Source: Nitrospirota bacterium
GTDB lineage: Bacteria; Nitrospirota; UBA9217
Direction of reading: 5' to 3'
Length of the DNA stretch: 64,000 nucleotides
Assembly: GCA_963845065.1 (NCBI GenBank)
Contig: CAWJQQ010000002.1
Coordinates: 537,035 to 601,034, forward strand
Shown: one piece after another, positions 1-9,400 of the stretch
Layout of the letters: each line of letters begins with the position of its first letter
How positions within the stretch are numbered: the stretch's first letter is position 1
Translations under genes and position numbers: made by a program
Notes under the pieces: generated by a model
The model's database searches: none
The model's input: the letters and a program-made list of their open reading frames with translations, nothing else
What the model was told of the DNA's origin: nothing

Positions 1-586
1 GCATAGACCGCTGCCTGAAGTTTGCGCCCATAATGCTCGTGGAAAATTGTTTCACTTCCTCCGGGTGACACGAAGGTTTGCCGCAGGTTTTTTGAGCGAT
101 GCGAGGATCGTATCCTAGTGTGAGCGTGTTCCGGTCCTGATACAGGATCGTGCCTACGTCGTAATCGAGTGATCCGTCGGCGAGGCGCGGAAGCATGTTT
201 CGCAGGCGGTCTTCGCCTGAAGGAAGCAGTTGATTGACATGGTTTTTGCGAGACATAATGTTCAGATCATTGTCTAACACGATGAGCTTGAGCATGCCTT
301 TGTGCGCTCTGTCGGGATCAGAGGAAAGACCGTTTCCAAGGTGGCAGTCGCGGCATTCGGTGTTCGGGTGGTGGGATTCCTTTTGCACCTGCTCCCTCGT
401 CATCACAAACAGAGGGTATCCAAGCTTTGTCATGCGATCTTTGTCCGCATGGCAGGCAACACACTTATCGCTAGATTGATAGCCGGAATAGAAATAGATA
501 AATAGCAGGACGAGGACGAGTTGGACGAGCAGGATGATCATCCCGCGCTTGCTACTGAAAATACTCCAAAGTTTTCCAATTGCCAT
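1..586 (-). CDS. Membrane-anchored multiheme cytochrome c (partial, runs off the left edge)
   Basis: Manual translation from ATG 586 gives MAIGKLWSIFSSKRGMIILLVQLVLVLLFIYFY (TM anchor), then CVACH, CRDCH and CGKPSCH. The frame is open to position 1 and is not in the ORF track. Confidence 0.85.
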   Translation of the reverse strand, partial: MAIGKLWSIFSSKRGMIILLVQLVLVLLFIYFYSGYQSSDKCVACHADKDRMTKLGYPLFVMTREQVQKESHHPNTECRDCHLGNGLSSDPDRAHKGMLKLIVLDNDLNIMSRKNHVNQLLPSGEDRLRNMLPRLADGSLDYDVGTILYQDRNTLTLGYDPRIAQKTCGKPSCHPEEVKQFSTSIMGANFRQRSM

Positions 587-681
587 AGAATTGTATTTTG
601 TAGACACAAACTTCAGTTTACATTATTGATTGGTTTATATTTAACTTTTGATCACAACGCAGGCGGAAGCCTTCAGTTCCG

Positions 682-2055
682 TTAAAACAATCTCTCCATC
701 GCCTCATCCACGGTCCTCACACCCATGAGTTCCATCTTTTTCAGAACAGAGGTCTTTTCCAGCTTTTCCACATTGAGCTGTGGGAGCACACAGCGTGTAA
801 ACCCGAGCTTCGCTGCATCCTTGATCCTTAATTCCGCCTGGCTGATGGCCCGCACTTCACCTGCAAGGCCGACCTCACCCATTACCACGGTCTGTGCATG
901 GATCGGCTTCTCTCGGAAGCTCGACGCTACGGCAGCAATCACGCCAAGATCGATTGCGGGCTCATCGATCTTAAGCCCCCCCACGATGTTCACGAACACG
1001 TCCATGCCCATGAGGTGCATTCCCACTCGCTTTTCGAGCACTGCGAGAAGAAGGGAGACACGATTAAAGTCCACACCAATGCAGGTCCGTCTGGGCATGG
1101 CAAGTTTCGATGGCGCTACGAGCGCCTGCACTTCAGCGAGGATTGGCCGCGAGCCTTCCAGTGACGATACCACAACCGAGCCCGTTGCATCGGCAGGCCG
1201 TTCGGCGAGGAACAATTCGGAAGGATTAGCCACTTCGGCAAGGCCACTCTCCTTCATTTCGAACACTCCAATCTCGTTCGTGGAGCCAAAACGGTTCTTA
1301 ACCGCTCGCAATACGCGGAACGAATGCCCTTTATCTCCCTCGAAATAGAGCACCGTATCCACGATATGTTCGAGCACGCGCGGTCCGGCAATTGCACCGT
1401 CCTTTGTCACGTGGCCAATGAGGAACGTGGGTACGCCGGTCCGTTTTGCGTGGATCATCAGCCTGCCCGAAACCTCCCGCACCTGACCCACGCTTCCTGG
1501 CGCTGACGGGAGCTCGGGCGTAAACACGGTCTGAACTGAGTCGACGACCAGGACCTGCGGTTGGAGCCCGTCCGCAGCGCGGAGGATCTCTTCGAGCTGC
1601 GTCTCGGCAAGGACATAAAGATTGTCGCTCCTGACGCCAAGGCGGAGCGCGCGCATTTTGATTTGGGCCGGAGATTCTTCGCCGGACACGTAAAGTGCCT
1701 TGCCTCTAAGCTCTGAAACCTGACGGAGCATCTGGAGTACCAAAGTAGACTTGCCGATTCCCGGATCCCCGCCGATCAACACTACGGAACCGGCAACGAT
1801 CCCGCCACCCAGCACACGGTCTAGTTCGCCGATCCTAGTCACGAACCGGTCCTCGTCACGAGCCTGGATTTCTCCCAACAAAAGTGGCTCTGATGCACCC
1901 GCTGGTTTTACACTCCCGACGGCCTTGGGCCTTTCCACCTGCTCTTCGACCATGGTGTTCCAAGCCCCGCAGTCGGTACACTTCCCCATCCATCGTGGCG
2001 ATTGGCTACCGCAGGATTGGCAGACATAGACGGTCTTGCTTTTCGATGATTTCAT
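682..2055 (-). CDS. radA: DNA repair protein RadA/Sms
   Basis: C4 Zn finger, Walker A GDPGIGKS, KNRFG motif, Lon-like C-terminus. Confidence 0.97.
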   Translation of the reverse strand: MKSSKSKTVYVCQSCGSQSPRWMGKCTDCGAWNTMVEEQVERPKAVGSVKPAGASEPLLLGEIQARDEDRFVTRIGELDRVLGGGIVAGSVVLIGGDPGIGKSTLVLQMLRQVSELRGKALYVSGEESPAQIKMRALRLGVRSDNLYVLAETQLEEILRAADGLQPQVLVVDSVQTVFTPELPSAPGSVGQVREVSGRLMIHAKRTGVPTFLIGHVTKDGAIAGPRVLEHIVDTVLYFEGDKGHSFRVLRAVKNRFGSTNEIGVFEMKESGLAEVANPSELFLAERPADATGSVVVSSLEGSRPILAEVQALVAPSKLAMPRRTCIGVDFNRVSLLLAVLEKRVGMHLMGMDVFVNIVGGLKIDEPAIDLGVIAAVASSFREKPIHAQTVVMGEVGLAGEVRAISQAELRIKDAAKLGFTRCVLPQLNVEKLEKTSVLKKMELMGVRTVDEAMERLF

Positions 2056-2171
2056 GATGCAGTATTCTATTGGTTCATGGGGGGATTGTCAACGCTATTT
2101 GCAGTTTGGTAGGTCGGCATAGGAAGAGGCCTCGTCTCCATTCGCTGTTTTCCAACCGACTACGACTGATC

Positions 2172-2505
2172 GTTGCAGTGCTTCTCGCACCCGCGCTGCG
2201 AGATCTTTCACTGAAAAAAGTTTTACGATAAATCACGGTCCCTAATCAAACATTTTTCTATTCTGGATCAAGTCTTCCAAATATCCGCTTATAAACTGTA
2301 CCTTCACCTTTCGCTGCTTTATCCTGAATGCAGTGCAAACCTCAATGCCATTCATTCTGGGCATGATCACATCGAGAATCACAAGCTGGATGGTATCTTT
2401 ATGCTTCGTGAACTGAGCAAGCATCTGCCCCGTTAAACGCTTCAATGACGGTATACCATATCCTTCAAGCACGACCTTTGTAAGCTCTCTGACCTGAACC
2501 TCCCC
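2172..2505 (-). pseudogene. Response regulator receiver domain remnant
   Basis: IQLVILDVIMPRMNG and FISGY motifs. Frameshifts lie upstream and in-frame stops precede VKDLAARVREAL. Confidence 0.75.
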
Positions 2506-2545
2506 ATAGATAAATCCTGGGCTTGTGGAGTTGCAGAGATTTCAG

Positions 2546-3034
2546 TCACGGATCAACACCGCGGTCACGCCTCTGAAAGAGGACAACATCGTACGGCATA
2601 ATGTCTTCGGCCGACTTACGCTCCATCTCGATGAAATTAGAAGGGATGTCCGGAAAGAATGCATCGCCCTCGATCTCCCGGTGGATAATAGTCAAATAAA
2701 TTTTGTCCACCTGGGCAATGGTCTCGCGAAAAACGTATTCCCCACCACAGATAAATGCCTCGTCCGTTCCGGCGCATGCTGCAAAAGCCGAGATCAGATC
2801 GTGGACGACAATGCATCCGGGAGCGGAATAGCCCCGCTGGCGTGTAAGCACGATGTTTGTCCTCAGGGACAGCGACCGGCCAATGCTTTCGAAGGTATTC
2901 CTTCCCAGAATTACTGGATGCCCGCGTGTGATCCTATGGAATCGTCTGCGATCCGTGGGCAGGTCCCAAGGCATTTTATTATTCAGGCCGATCACGCGGT
3001 TCTCGGCCATGGCGGCGATGATGGAAAAAATCAT
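2546..3034 (-). CDS. folA: Dihydrofolate reductase
   Basis: IIAAMAENRVIG, MPWDLP, ILGRNTFESI, GDAFFP motifs; probable start 3034. Confidence 0.95.
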   Translation of the reverse strand: MIFSIIAAMAENRVIGLNNKMPWDLPTDRRRFHRITRGHPVILGRNTFESIGRSLSLRTNIVLTRQRGYSAPGCIVVHDLISAFAACAGTDEAFICGGEYVFRETIAQVDKIYLTIIHREIEGDAFFPDIPSNFIEMERKSAEDIMPYDVVLFQRRDRGVDP

Positions 3035-3397
3035 GGTTTTAGTGTTTAGGTAGTAATGCCTGAGAGTTTCAGCCATCCATGCACGTTAAATATATTTTAC
3101 ACGATTAATAAACATCCCGCCACTAAATCGTCTGAATGGTTGTAGTGGGATTTCAGGGATCCTGACGGATGCGATCAGAAGGCATATGCCCTCAAATCAT
3201 CTTAGTTTCACCTCCCCGCGCATTACTGTGGCCGGTTCTCGACCTAGTTGTTGCTTCTTCCTCAATCGCATGACATACAACTTTTGCTCTTTCTATATCT
3301 CGCAGCTAGCGACATCCTGGTCCTCCTCTTTTTAAAAGCAAAAAAAAGTCATTAATACACTCTTCGCTTCCCTTTCCCTGGTGAAGAGAGTTATTTT

Positions 3398-4660
3398 TTA
3401 AGCCTGTGGGCTTGCTTTCGCACTGTCCTCCCCGATAAACCTTACACAGGCAAAACAAAAAAATGCTGCCAGCAGAATCACACCGGGTGTAACCATGAGA
3501 GCAGCCCTCAGTCCGTGCAAATCCGAGATCGACCCAAGCACCGATGGAGAAACAGCATCCCCCAGTGCATGGATAAAAAAGATGTTCACGGCAAAGGCCA
3601 TGGCGCGTATGCCTGGTCTCGTTACGTTTACGATCACGGTATTAAGCGGTCCTGTATTCAGGAACAGAAAAAATTCTGCAAAGAACATTGCTGCGATACA
3701 TCCAAAGAGAGAATGCGTAAACAGCGCCAATGCCGTGACCGGCGCACCGAAGAGGAACCCCCAGCCTGATACCATCAAATACCCTTCGCCGTGCTTCTTC
3801 TGAAATAGATCACCGAACCAGCCTCCGGTCAGTGTGCCGCTTATCCCTGCAAGTACCGTGATACCACCGAATATGGTGTTCGCTTTTGCAACATCCAGTC
3901 CGTGTTCACGAAAAAGGAATGTGGGCATCCATTGGGCAAGACCGCCAAGTGCGAAAGTCATAGCTGCCATGGCCAGCGTGTTCATAACGAATGAGCGGTT
4001 CGAGAAGAGAGATCGGTAACTGTTTCCTGTACCATCTGCAGGCAATCGTGAATGTTCGTCCCTTCCTCCCCGGACGGGCACACGCAGAAACCAGAGAGGG
4101 ATCGTAAGCATCAAACCTGGAACACCTGCCAGGAGAAAAGCCGCATGCCAGCCGAAAGCTTGCCCCAGGACGCCGCCGAGGAGATAACCTAGGGCGCTGC
4201 CTACAGGAATAGCAAGATAGAAATAGGACAAGACTCGGCCGCGAAGTTCCTGAGGATAATAATCAGTAAGGAGTCCAGGTGATACAGTGCCGAAGCTTGC
4301 CTCACCGATGCCAATGGTCGTTCGGGCCATAAGCAGTACTAAGTAGCTAGTAGCGAAAGAGGCTCCGCCCGTGGCACAGCTCCAGACCGCAAGGCCTCCC
4401 GCAGCAAGCTTTGCCCGGCTCATCCGATCTCCGAACCACCCAAAAAATGGCGCCGATACCATGTAGCAAATCATGAAAGCGCTACCGAGAAATCCAAGGG
4501 CGGTATCGGACAGATGAAAATCCTCTTTGATCAGGGGAAAGACTGCATACAGGACCTGGCGGTCAATATAGTTCAGGAGATTGACTGAAAGAAGAATCAA
4601 CAGGGCATAACGACCGTAATTGACAGGCAATTGTTTTTTTTCAGTGTCATCGTATCGCAT
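3398..4660 (-). CDS. MFS transporter, Spinster-like
   Basis: NLLNYIDRQ, MFS motif A (GWFGDRMSR), about 12 hydrophobic segments. Confidence 0.9.
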   Translation of the reverse strand: MRYDDTEKKQLPVNYGRYALLILLSVNLLNYIDRQVLYAVFPLIKEDFHLSDTALGFLGSAFMICYMVSAPFFGWFGDRMSRAKLAAGGLAVWSCATGGASFATSYLVLLMARTTIGIGEASFGTVSPGLLTDYYPQELRGRVLSYFYLAIPVGSALGYLLGGVLGQAFGWHAAFLLAGVPGLMLTIPLWFLRVPVRGGRDEHSRLPADGTGNSYRSLFSNRSFVMNTLAMAAMTFALGGLAQWMPTFLFREHGLDVAKANTIFGGITVLAGISGTLTGGWFGDLFQKKHGEGYLMVSGWGFLFGAPVTALALFTHSLFGCIAAMFFAEFFLFLNTGPLNTVIVNVTRPGIRAMAFAVNIFFIHALGDAVSPSVLGSISDLHGLRAALMVTPGVILLAAFFCFACVRFIGEDSAKASPQA

Positions 4661-4782
4661 GAATTAGTTGCTACTGATATTCGCCGTCGGAAAGTAACGA
4701 TTGAGCAGGGGGTTATTGCAAACTGCTGCGAACTATTTTTTATGAATGTTTTTGCAGCGGCGCTTATCTCCCTTGTTCGAAA

Positions 4783-5493
4783 TCACATCTTTCCCTTAAG
4801 GTACCTTTTTCTTTTTCTCTCAGGGAACCGCTCGATCGCATAACGCAGCATGGTTCGAGGCATTATCTTATAATACTGCTTCAAAAACTCTTCTTCCGTT
4901 TGCAGATCGCGCTTTCCAACCTCACGCAGCATCCAGCCGACGGCCTTGTGGATCAGGTCATGTTCATCGCTCAGTAGCAGTTGGGAGATGATAAGTGTAT
5001 CGGCAAAATCATTTTGCCTGATGAATCTGAACGTCGCCAGGATGGCTATGCGCTTCTTCCAGAGATCTTTCGATGTTGCAAGGCTATAAAGCAGTTTTCT
5101 GTCTTTGTCCATAAGATGATGTCCCACTATGTTCGGAGATGAAAGATCAACAAGGTCCCAGTTGTTGATATGGCAGGTGTTCTTGAGGTAAAGAGAATAG
5201 ATCTTTTTTTTTGCTGCTTCATCGCCGCGATCATAAGCGCCGATGAGCAGGAAAAGTGCAAGCACCCGTTCTTCATGAATTGACGACCTGAGAAGTCTCA
5301 TCATATCGGCGATAGGTGTGTTTCGACATTCCTTGGCAATTTGCCTAAGTACGGGAGCGGTAATGCCCAGAAAGACATCACCCTCGCCATATTGTCCCGG
5401 TCCGGTTTTGAAAAACCGCTTAAGAACCGCGGCTTTATCCTTGTTGGCACGTTCGCGGAGTTTTCTTTGGATTTCTTCAAAAGTCATGGGCAC
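4783..5493 (-). CDS. DNA alkylation repair protein (AlkD-like)
   Basis: RFFKTGPGQYGEGD, NNWDLVD, HKAVGWMLREVGKR. Confidence 0.9.
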   Translation of the reverse strand: MPMTFEEIQRKLRERANKDKAAVLKRFFKTGPGQYGEGDVFLGITAPVLRQIAKECRNTPIADMMRLLRSSIHEERVLALFLLIGAYDRGDEAAKKKIYSLYLKNTCHINNWDLVDLSSPNIVGHHLMDKDRKLLYSLATSKDLWKKRIAILATFRFIRQNDFADTLIISQLLLSDEHDLIHKAVGWMLREVGKRDLQTEEEFLKQYYKIMPRTMLRYAIERFPERKRKRYLKGKM

Positions 5494-5556
5494 CCTTATG
5501 AATATCCCGGATGAAAACTCTGCATCCTAATCGTTGCAATTGGAGGAAATTGCATC

Positions 5557-6336
5557 TTACGTGCTGCTTCCTGCACGCTTAAGTAGTGCTGACGGAGTCT
5601 TCCATGGCAACCGGGAGTTCTGTGTGGTGCCCTCATGATCCAAACGGCCCACGAGCGTTGAAAAAAAGGGCGGTACTTCTGATGTGAAGGAGAGTTCCTT
5701 TCCATTAAAGGGATGCTTGAAGGATATCGACCGGGCGTGAAGCGCCATGCGCGGCTGAGGATCGTCTTCTTTCCCATACTTTGTATCTCCGACGATCGGA
5801 TGCCCGATGCCGGCCAGGTGAACCCGTATCTGATTCTTCCTGCCGGTCAGGAGGACCAATTCCAGCAAAGAATATCTTTTCGTCATCCGAAGTACGATAT
5901 AGGCGGTTTGGGACAGCTTCCCCTTATTACTGTCCGATGTTGTATAGACGTTATACCTTTTATCCTCCGCCAGGTATGAAGTAATCGTTCCCGAACTCTT
6001 TTCACACTTGCCATGAACAACGGCCAAGTACTTCTTTTCAGTCTGCTTCCATCGGTCCTGCAAACGGAGTTTCGCCTCTTCGCTCTTAGCAAAGATAAGC
6101 GTTCCGGATGTATCCCTGTCCAGTCTGTGAACGACGTAAAGGTGTTTCCTGCATCTGCCGCACCCCTTGCGGATGTACTCCGTCAAAATAGAGTGTGCGG
6201 TACGCGTTTTTTCCCTCTCAGTCGCGACGGCCAGGAGGCCCGCCGGCTTGTCCACCACGAGGATGTCTTTGTCCTCGTACAGGACCGCGAGTCCTTTCGG
6301 CAAAAACTTTGCACTCGAGTTTAATGGTTTCCGCAT
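5557..6336 (-). CDS. RluA-family pseudouridine synthase
   Basis: VDKPAGL, HRLDRDTSG, TGRKNQIRVH, PIVGDTKYG; probable start 6336. Confidence 0.92.
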   Translation of the reverse strand: MRKPLNSSAKFLPKGLAVLYEDKDILVVDKPAGLLAVATEREKTRTAHSILTEYIRKGCGRCRKHLYVVHRLDRDTSGTLIFAKSEEAKLRLQDRWKQTEKKYLAVVHGKCEKSSGTITSYLAEDKRYNVYTTSDSNKGKLSQTAYIVLRMTKRYSLLELVLLTGRKNQIRVHLAGIGHPIVGDTKYGKEDDPQPRMALHARSISFKHPFNGKELSFTSEVPPFFSTLVGRLDHEGTTQNSRLPWKTPSALLKRAGSST

Positions 6337-6483
6337 AGCAAGTATTCTCTGATCGATTATGGGATATACTAGGGTCGTCACAAAACGTGCAGCTGCCCTT
6401 CTGGAAGGACCAATCGCGACGAAGTCATCTATGAAAAAGAAACTGATCCATGGTCTCACTTAGTGACAATATCATAACTCGTA

Positions 6484-7302
6484 TTACGCATATTCGGCAT
6501 GATCCTCGCCGAAAACATAGTGGATGGTCTCCCATGCTGTTTCTTCAATGGATTTGTTCGTCGTATCCACAACTTTCCAGCTCCTATGTCGTTTCATGAG
6601 ATCCCGGACGAACTCGACTTCGGCAAAGATTTTCTTGAAATCACTGTAACTGGATTTGAGCCCGAATTGTTTTTGGCGTGCCAATCTCACCTTCTGGAGA
6701 ATCTCAGGGTCTACACTTAGACAAACGATCTTGTTTTGGTCGATCTTAAATAGCTCTTCCGGTAGGGGAATGCCAGGAACAATGGGCACGTTGGCGACTT
6801 TGTAACCCTCTTGGGCAAGAAAGAAGGAAGTCGGCGTTTTTGACGTGCGAGAGAGACCGACGATGACGATATCCGCCTCCCGCAATCGCTCGACATCCCT
6901 GCCGTCGTCGTGCTCAAGAGTATATTCAATCGCATCAATACGTTTAAAATACCGTTCATCGACCTTTCTGAGCAGGCTCGGAGTTTCAAGTGGTTCCTGC
7001 TGCAGATATGATCCGAGATTGCTAATGAGCGGGCCCAATATGTCGAGATGGAACATGCCGTTCTTCACGCAATACTCACTGGTGTAGTCCCTCATCTCTT
7101 TCTTGACGAACGTGAACGCGATAAGCGCTTTCTCAGACTTTGCATGTGCGAGGACCTTCTTGAGACCAGCCTTTGAATCAATGTCGTGAAATAGCATTAT
7201 TCTGGTGCGGGCATGTTCGAACTGCACCAGGGCCGCCCTCAAAATGTGCAGGCCGCTTTGGCCCGTGGCATCAGAAATAATATAAATATTCTTCGTAGGC
7301 AT
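6484..7302 (-). CDS. PPDK/PEP synthase regulatory kinase-pyrophosphorylase (DUF299)
   Basis: ISDATG, HDDGR, GLSRTSKTP motifs. Confidence 0.93.
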   Translation of the reverse strand: MPTKNIYIISDATGQSGLHILRAALVQFEHARTRIMLFHDIDSKAGLKKVLAHAKSEKALIAFTFVKKEMRDYTSEYCVKNGMFHLDILGPLISNLGSYLQQEPLETPSLLRKVDERYFKRIDAIEYTLEHDDGRDVERLREADIVIVGLSRTSKTPTSFFLAQEGYKVANVPIVPGIPLPEELFKIDQNKIVCLSVDPEILQKVRLARQKQFGLKSSYSDFKKIFAEVEFVRDLMKRHRSWKVVDTTNKSIEETAWETIHYVFGEDHAEYA

Positions 7303-7733
7303 TTTTTATTCTATTCGTAAACGATAATTGGATCACACTGTCTTTTCGTCCTGCGCTACCATAGGAATGCGAATTGTAGACGTAATGCTACATCCATAAT
7401 TGACCATAGCAAAACAAAAACAGACTGTCAACGAAAATAGGAATCGAGCGAATAACATGATCGATCAAAGCTGGACTCCTGCAGGCGAATGACTTCTTGA
7501 CTCACTGCCATAAATTAAACTGTATCAGCGGACCAAGACTATCGGAGGTCCTCTTTATCTTTTTTTTTATTGTCGTTGTTGCTCCTTCTGAATATCCTAT
7601 TGCGAGATAACAGCCGGCATCTTTGGATCGTGCGGGCTGGGAAAACTGACGTCGAGAACCTGCGCAAGGGAACTTGATAAATGCTACGGGCGCAGAACAT
7701 AACGGCCGCGCTGCGCCCATGAAGACATATCGC

Positions 7734-8541
7734 CTATTTTTTGAAAATTTCTCCAAAGAACATCTTCATCTCATTCCACGACTCCTCGTCGGCCTTTTTG
7801 TTGTATGCGAGTGGAATATTAAACTTCTTCCCGTAAGCTGTCGCCTCGGGATTGGTGAAGCTATGTTCTGCCCCTGGATAAGCTATGAATTTATAATCTG
7901 CATTGGCGTTTGTCATTTCCTTCTTGAACGCCTCGATCTGTTCTGGGGTCGTGAACTTATCATCAGCGCCGTGGAGCACGAGGATCCTCGCCTTGATTTC
8001 ACCTGGCTCCGCTGGTTTTATCGCCGTCAGCATGCCATGGAAGCTTACGACTCCTTTCAGGTCCGCACCCTGCCTCGCCATATTCAAAACTACCCCGCCA
8101 CCGAAACAGTAACCTATCGCTGCGATACGGTCGGGATCTACGGTTGGCTGTTTTTTCAATAATTCTTCCCCAGCCATAAATCGCGCTTTTGCCGTGTCGA
8201 AGTGCATCATGACTTCCGAAGAAAATTTTCCCGCATCATCGGGATGCATTGCTTGTTTTCCTTCTCCGTACATCGTCAACGGCAAGAGCTGTATACCCGA
8301 GTTTTGCAAGCATTCGTGCTCTCTTCCGTGCATAGTCGTTCAAACCCCACCACTCGTGAACCACGAGAATACCGGGAGCTTTCCCCTGTATTTTGTTATC
8401 ATAGGCAAGATACCCCTTTAATGTAACGCCGTTGGCCGTATAGTCGACATTCTTTCCAACAACCTTGGCATGAACTGATGTCAATCCCACTACCATGACC
8501 ATCAATGTTATGGTAACAAAAAAAATCGTAAATCGTTTCAT
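7734..8541 (-). pseudogene. Dienelactone hydrolase family protein, frameshifted
   Basis: Signal peptide and VVHEWWGLN in one frame; GYCFGG and HSFTNP in another. An extra G at about 8275 breaks LAVD/MYGEGK. RBS AAGGAGG precedes ATG 8541. Confidence 0.85.
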
Positions 8542-8703
8542 AACTGCCTCCTTAGATGTGATTTTTATGAAACTTAAGGCATACATAAGATGAACTCTCT
8601 TCCCGCTTCTCTTTTTGTGAAGCAGAGTACCATCCATTCACTGTGCATGTGCTACCGTTATATTTATTAATTGTACCAGATGAGAAGGGCAGATGGGGAC
8701 AGA

Positions 8704-9168
8704 CTATCTGTTCCGTTCTTTTACAAAACGTTCCACTTCGCGCTTGGATTCCTTTTCCTTGATCGTTTCGCGTTTGTCGAATGTCTTCTTGCCCTTGGCC
8801 AGGCCGAGCAGGACCTTGGCCTTGCCGCGCATAAAGTAGATTTTGAGTGGGACGAGTGTGTAGCCTTTCAGCGTCATTTTGCCGATAAGCTTCCGGATCT
8901 CTTCTTTGTGCATCAAGAGCTTTCGTGTCCTGAGCGGCTCATGATTCATGATATTACCTTGGGGATAGGGACTGATGTTCGCATTGAGCAGGAATATCTC
9001 GTTGTTCTTCATGATGGCATAGCTGTCCGTCAAGTTCGCGAGGCCGAGACGCAGCGACTTAACTTCCGTGCCCTGGAGCGACAGCCCTGCCTCGAAGGTT
9101 TCTTCAATGAAATAGTCATGATATGCCTTGCGGTTCGATGCTACCGCGTTATCCTTTTTTTCGGCCAT
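8704..9168 (-). CDS. smpB: SsrA-binding protein
   Basis: [39 protein letters not shown]. Confidence 0.97.
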   Translation of the reverse strand: MAEKKDNAVASNRKAYHDYFIEETFEAGLSLQGTEVKSLRLGLANLTDSYAIMKNNEIFLLNANISPYPQGNIMNHEPLRTRKLLMHKEEIRKLIGKMTLKGYTLVPLKIYFMRGKAKVLLGLAKGKKTFDKRETIKEKESKREVERFVKERNR

Positions 9169-9222
9169 AGTGAATGATACACGATGCAGGATGCTAGTTG
9201 CAAGATGATTCGGGATATTTAC

Positions 9223-9269
9223 GCACTCCCACCGGTAAAGCATGTGTGATTTCCCGCGCTATTTTCTAA
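9223..9269 (-). repeat. Solo IS200/IS605-type left-end hairpin, copy 1 (degenerate)
   Basis: Minus strand reads TTAG-N13-AAAT-CACACATGCTTTACCGGTGGG. Confidence 0.65.
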
Positions 9270-9400
9270 TGCTTCCACATGTTCTCAGGTTAGCGGGAAC
9301 AAAACTCTTTCGACTTCATATGTTCTATATTGATCTGCATCCAGAAGTTCATTATTTTTGATTTTATTCGTTTTCACCTGTTTCTGTCTGTGACTTAAAA

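Noticed and set aside
3200..3335. RBS plus ATG and a short broken frame resembling a transposase N-terminus
   Set aside because: Too short and degenerate to support
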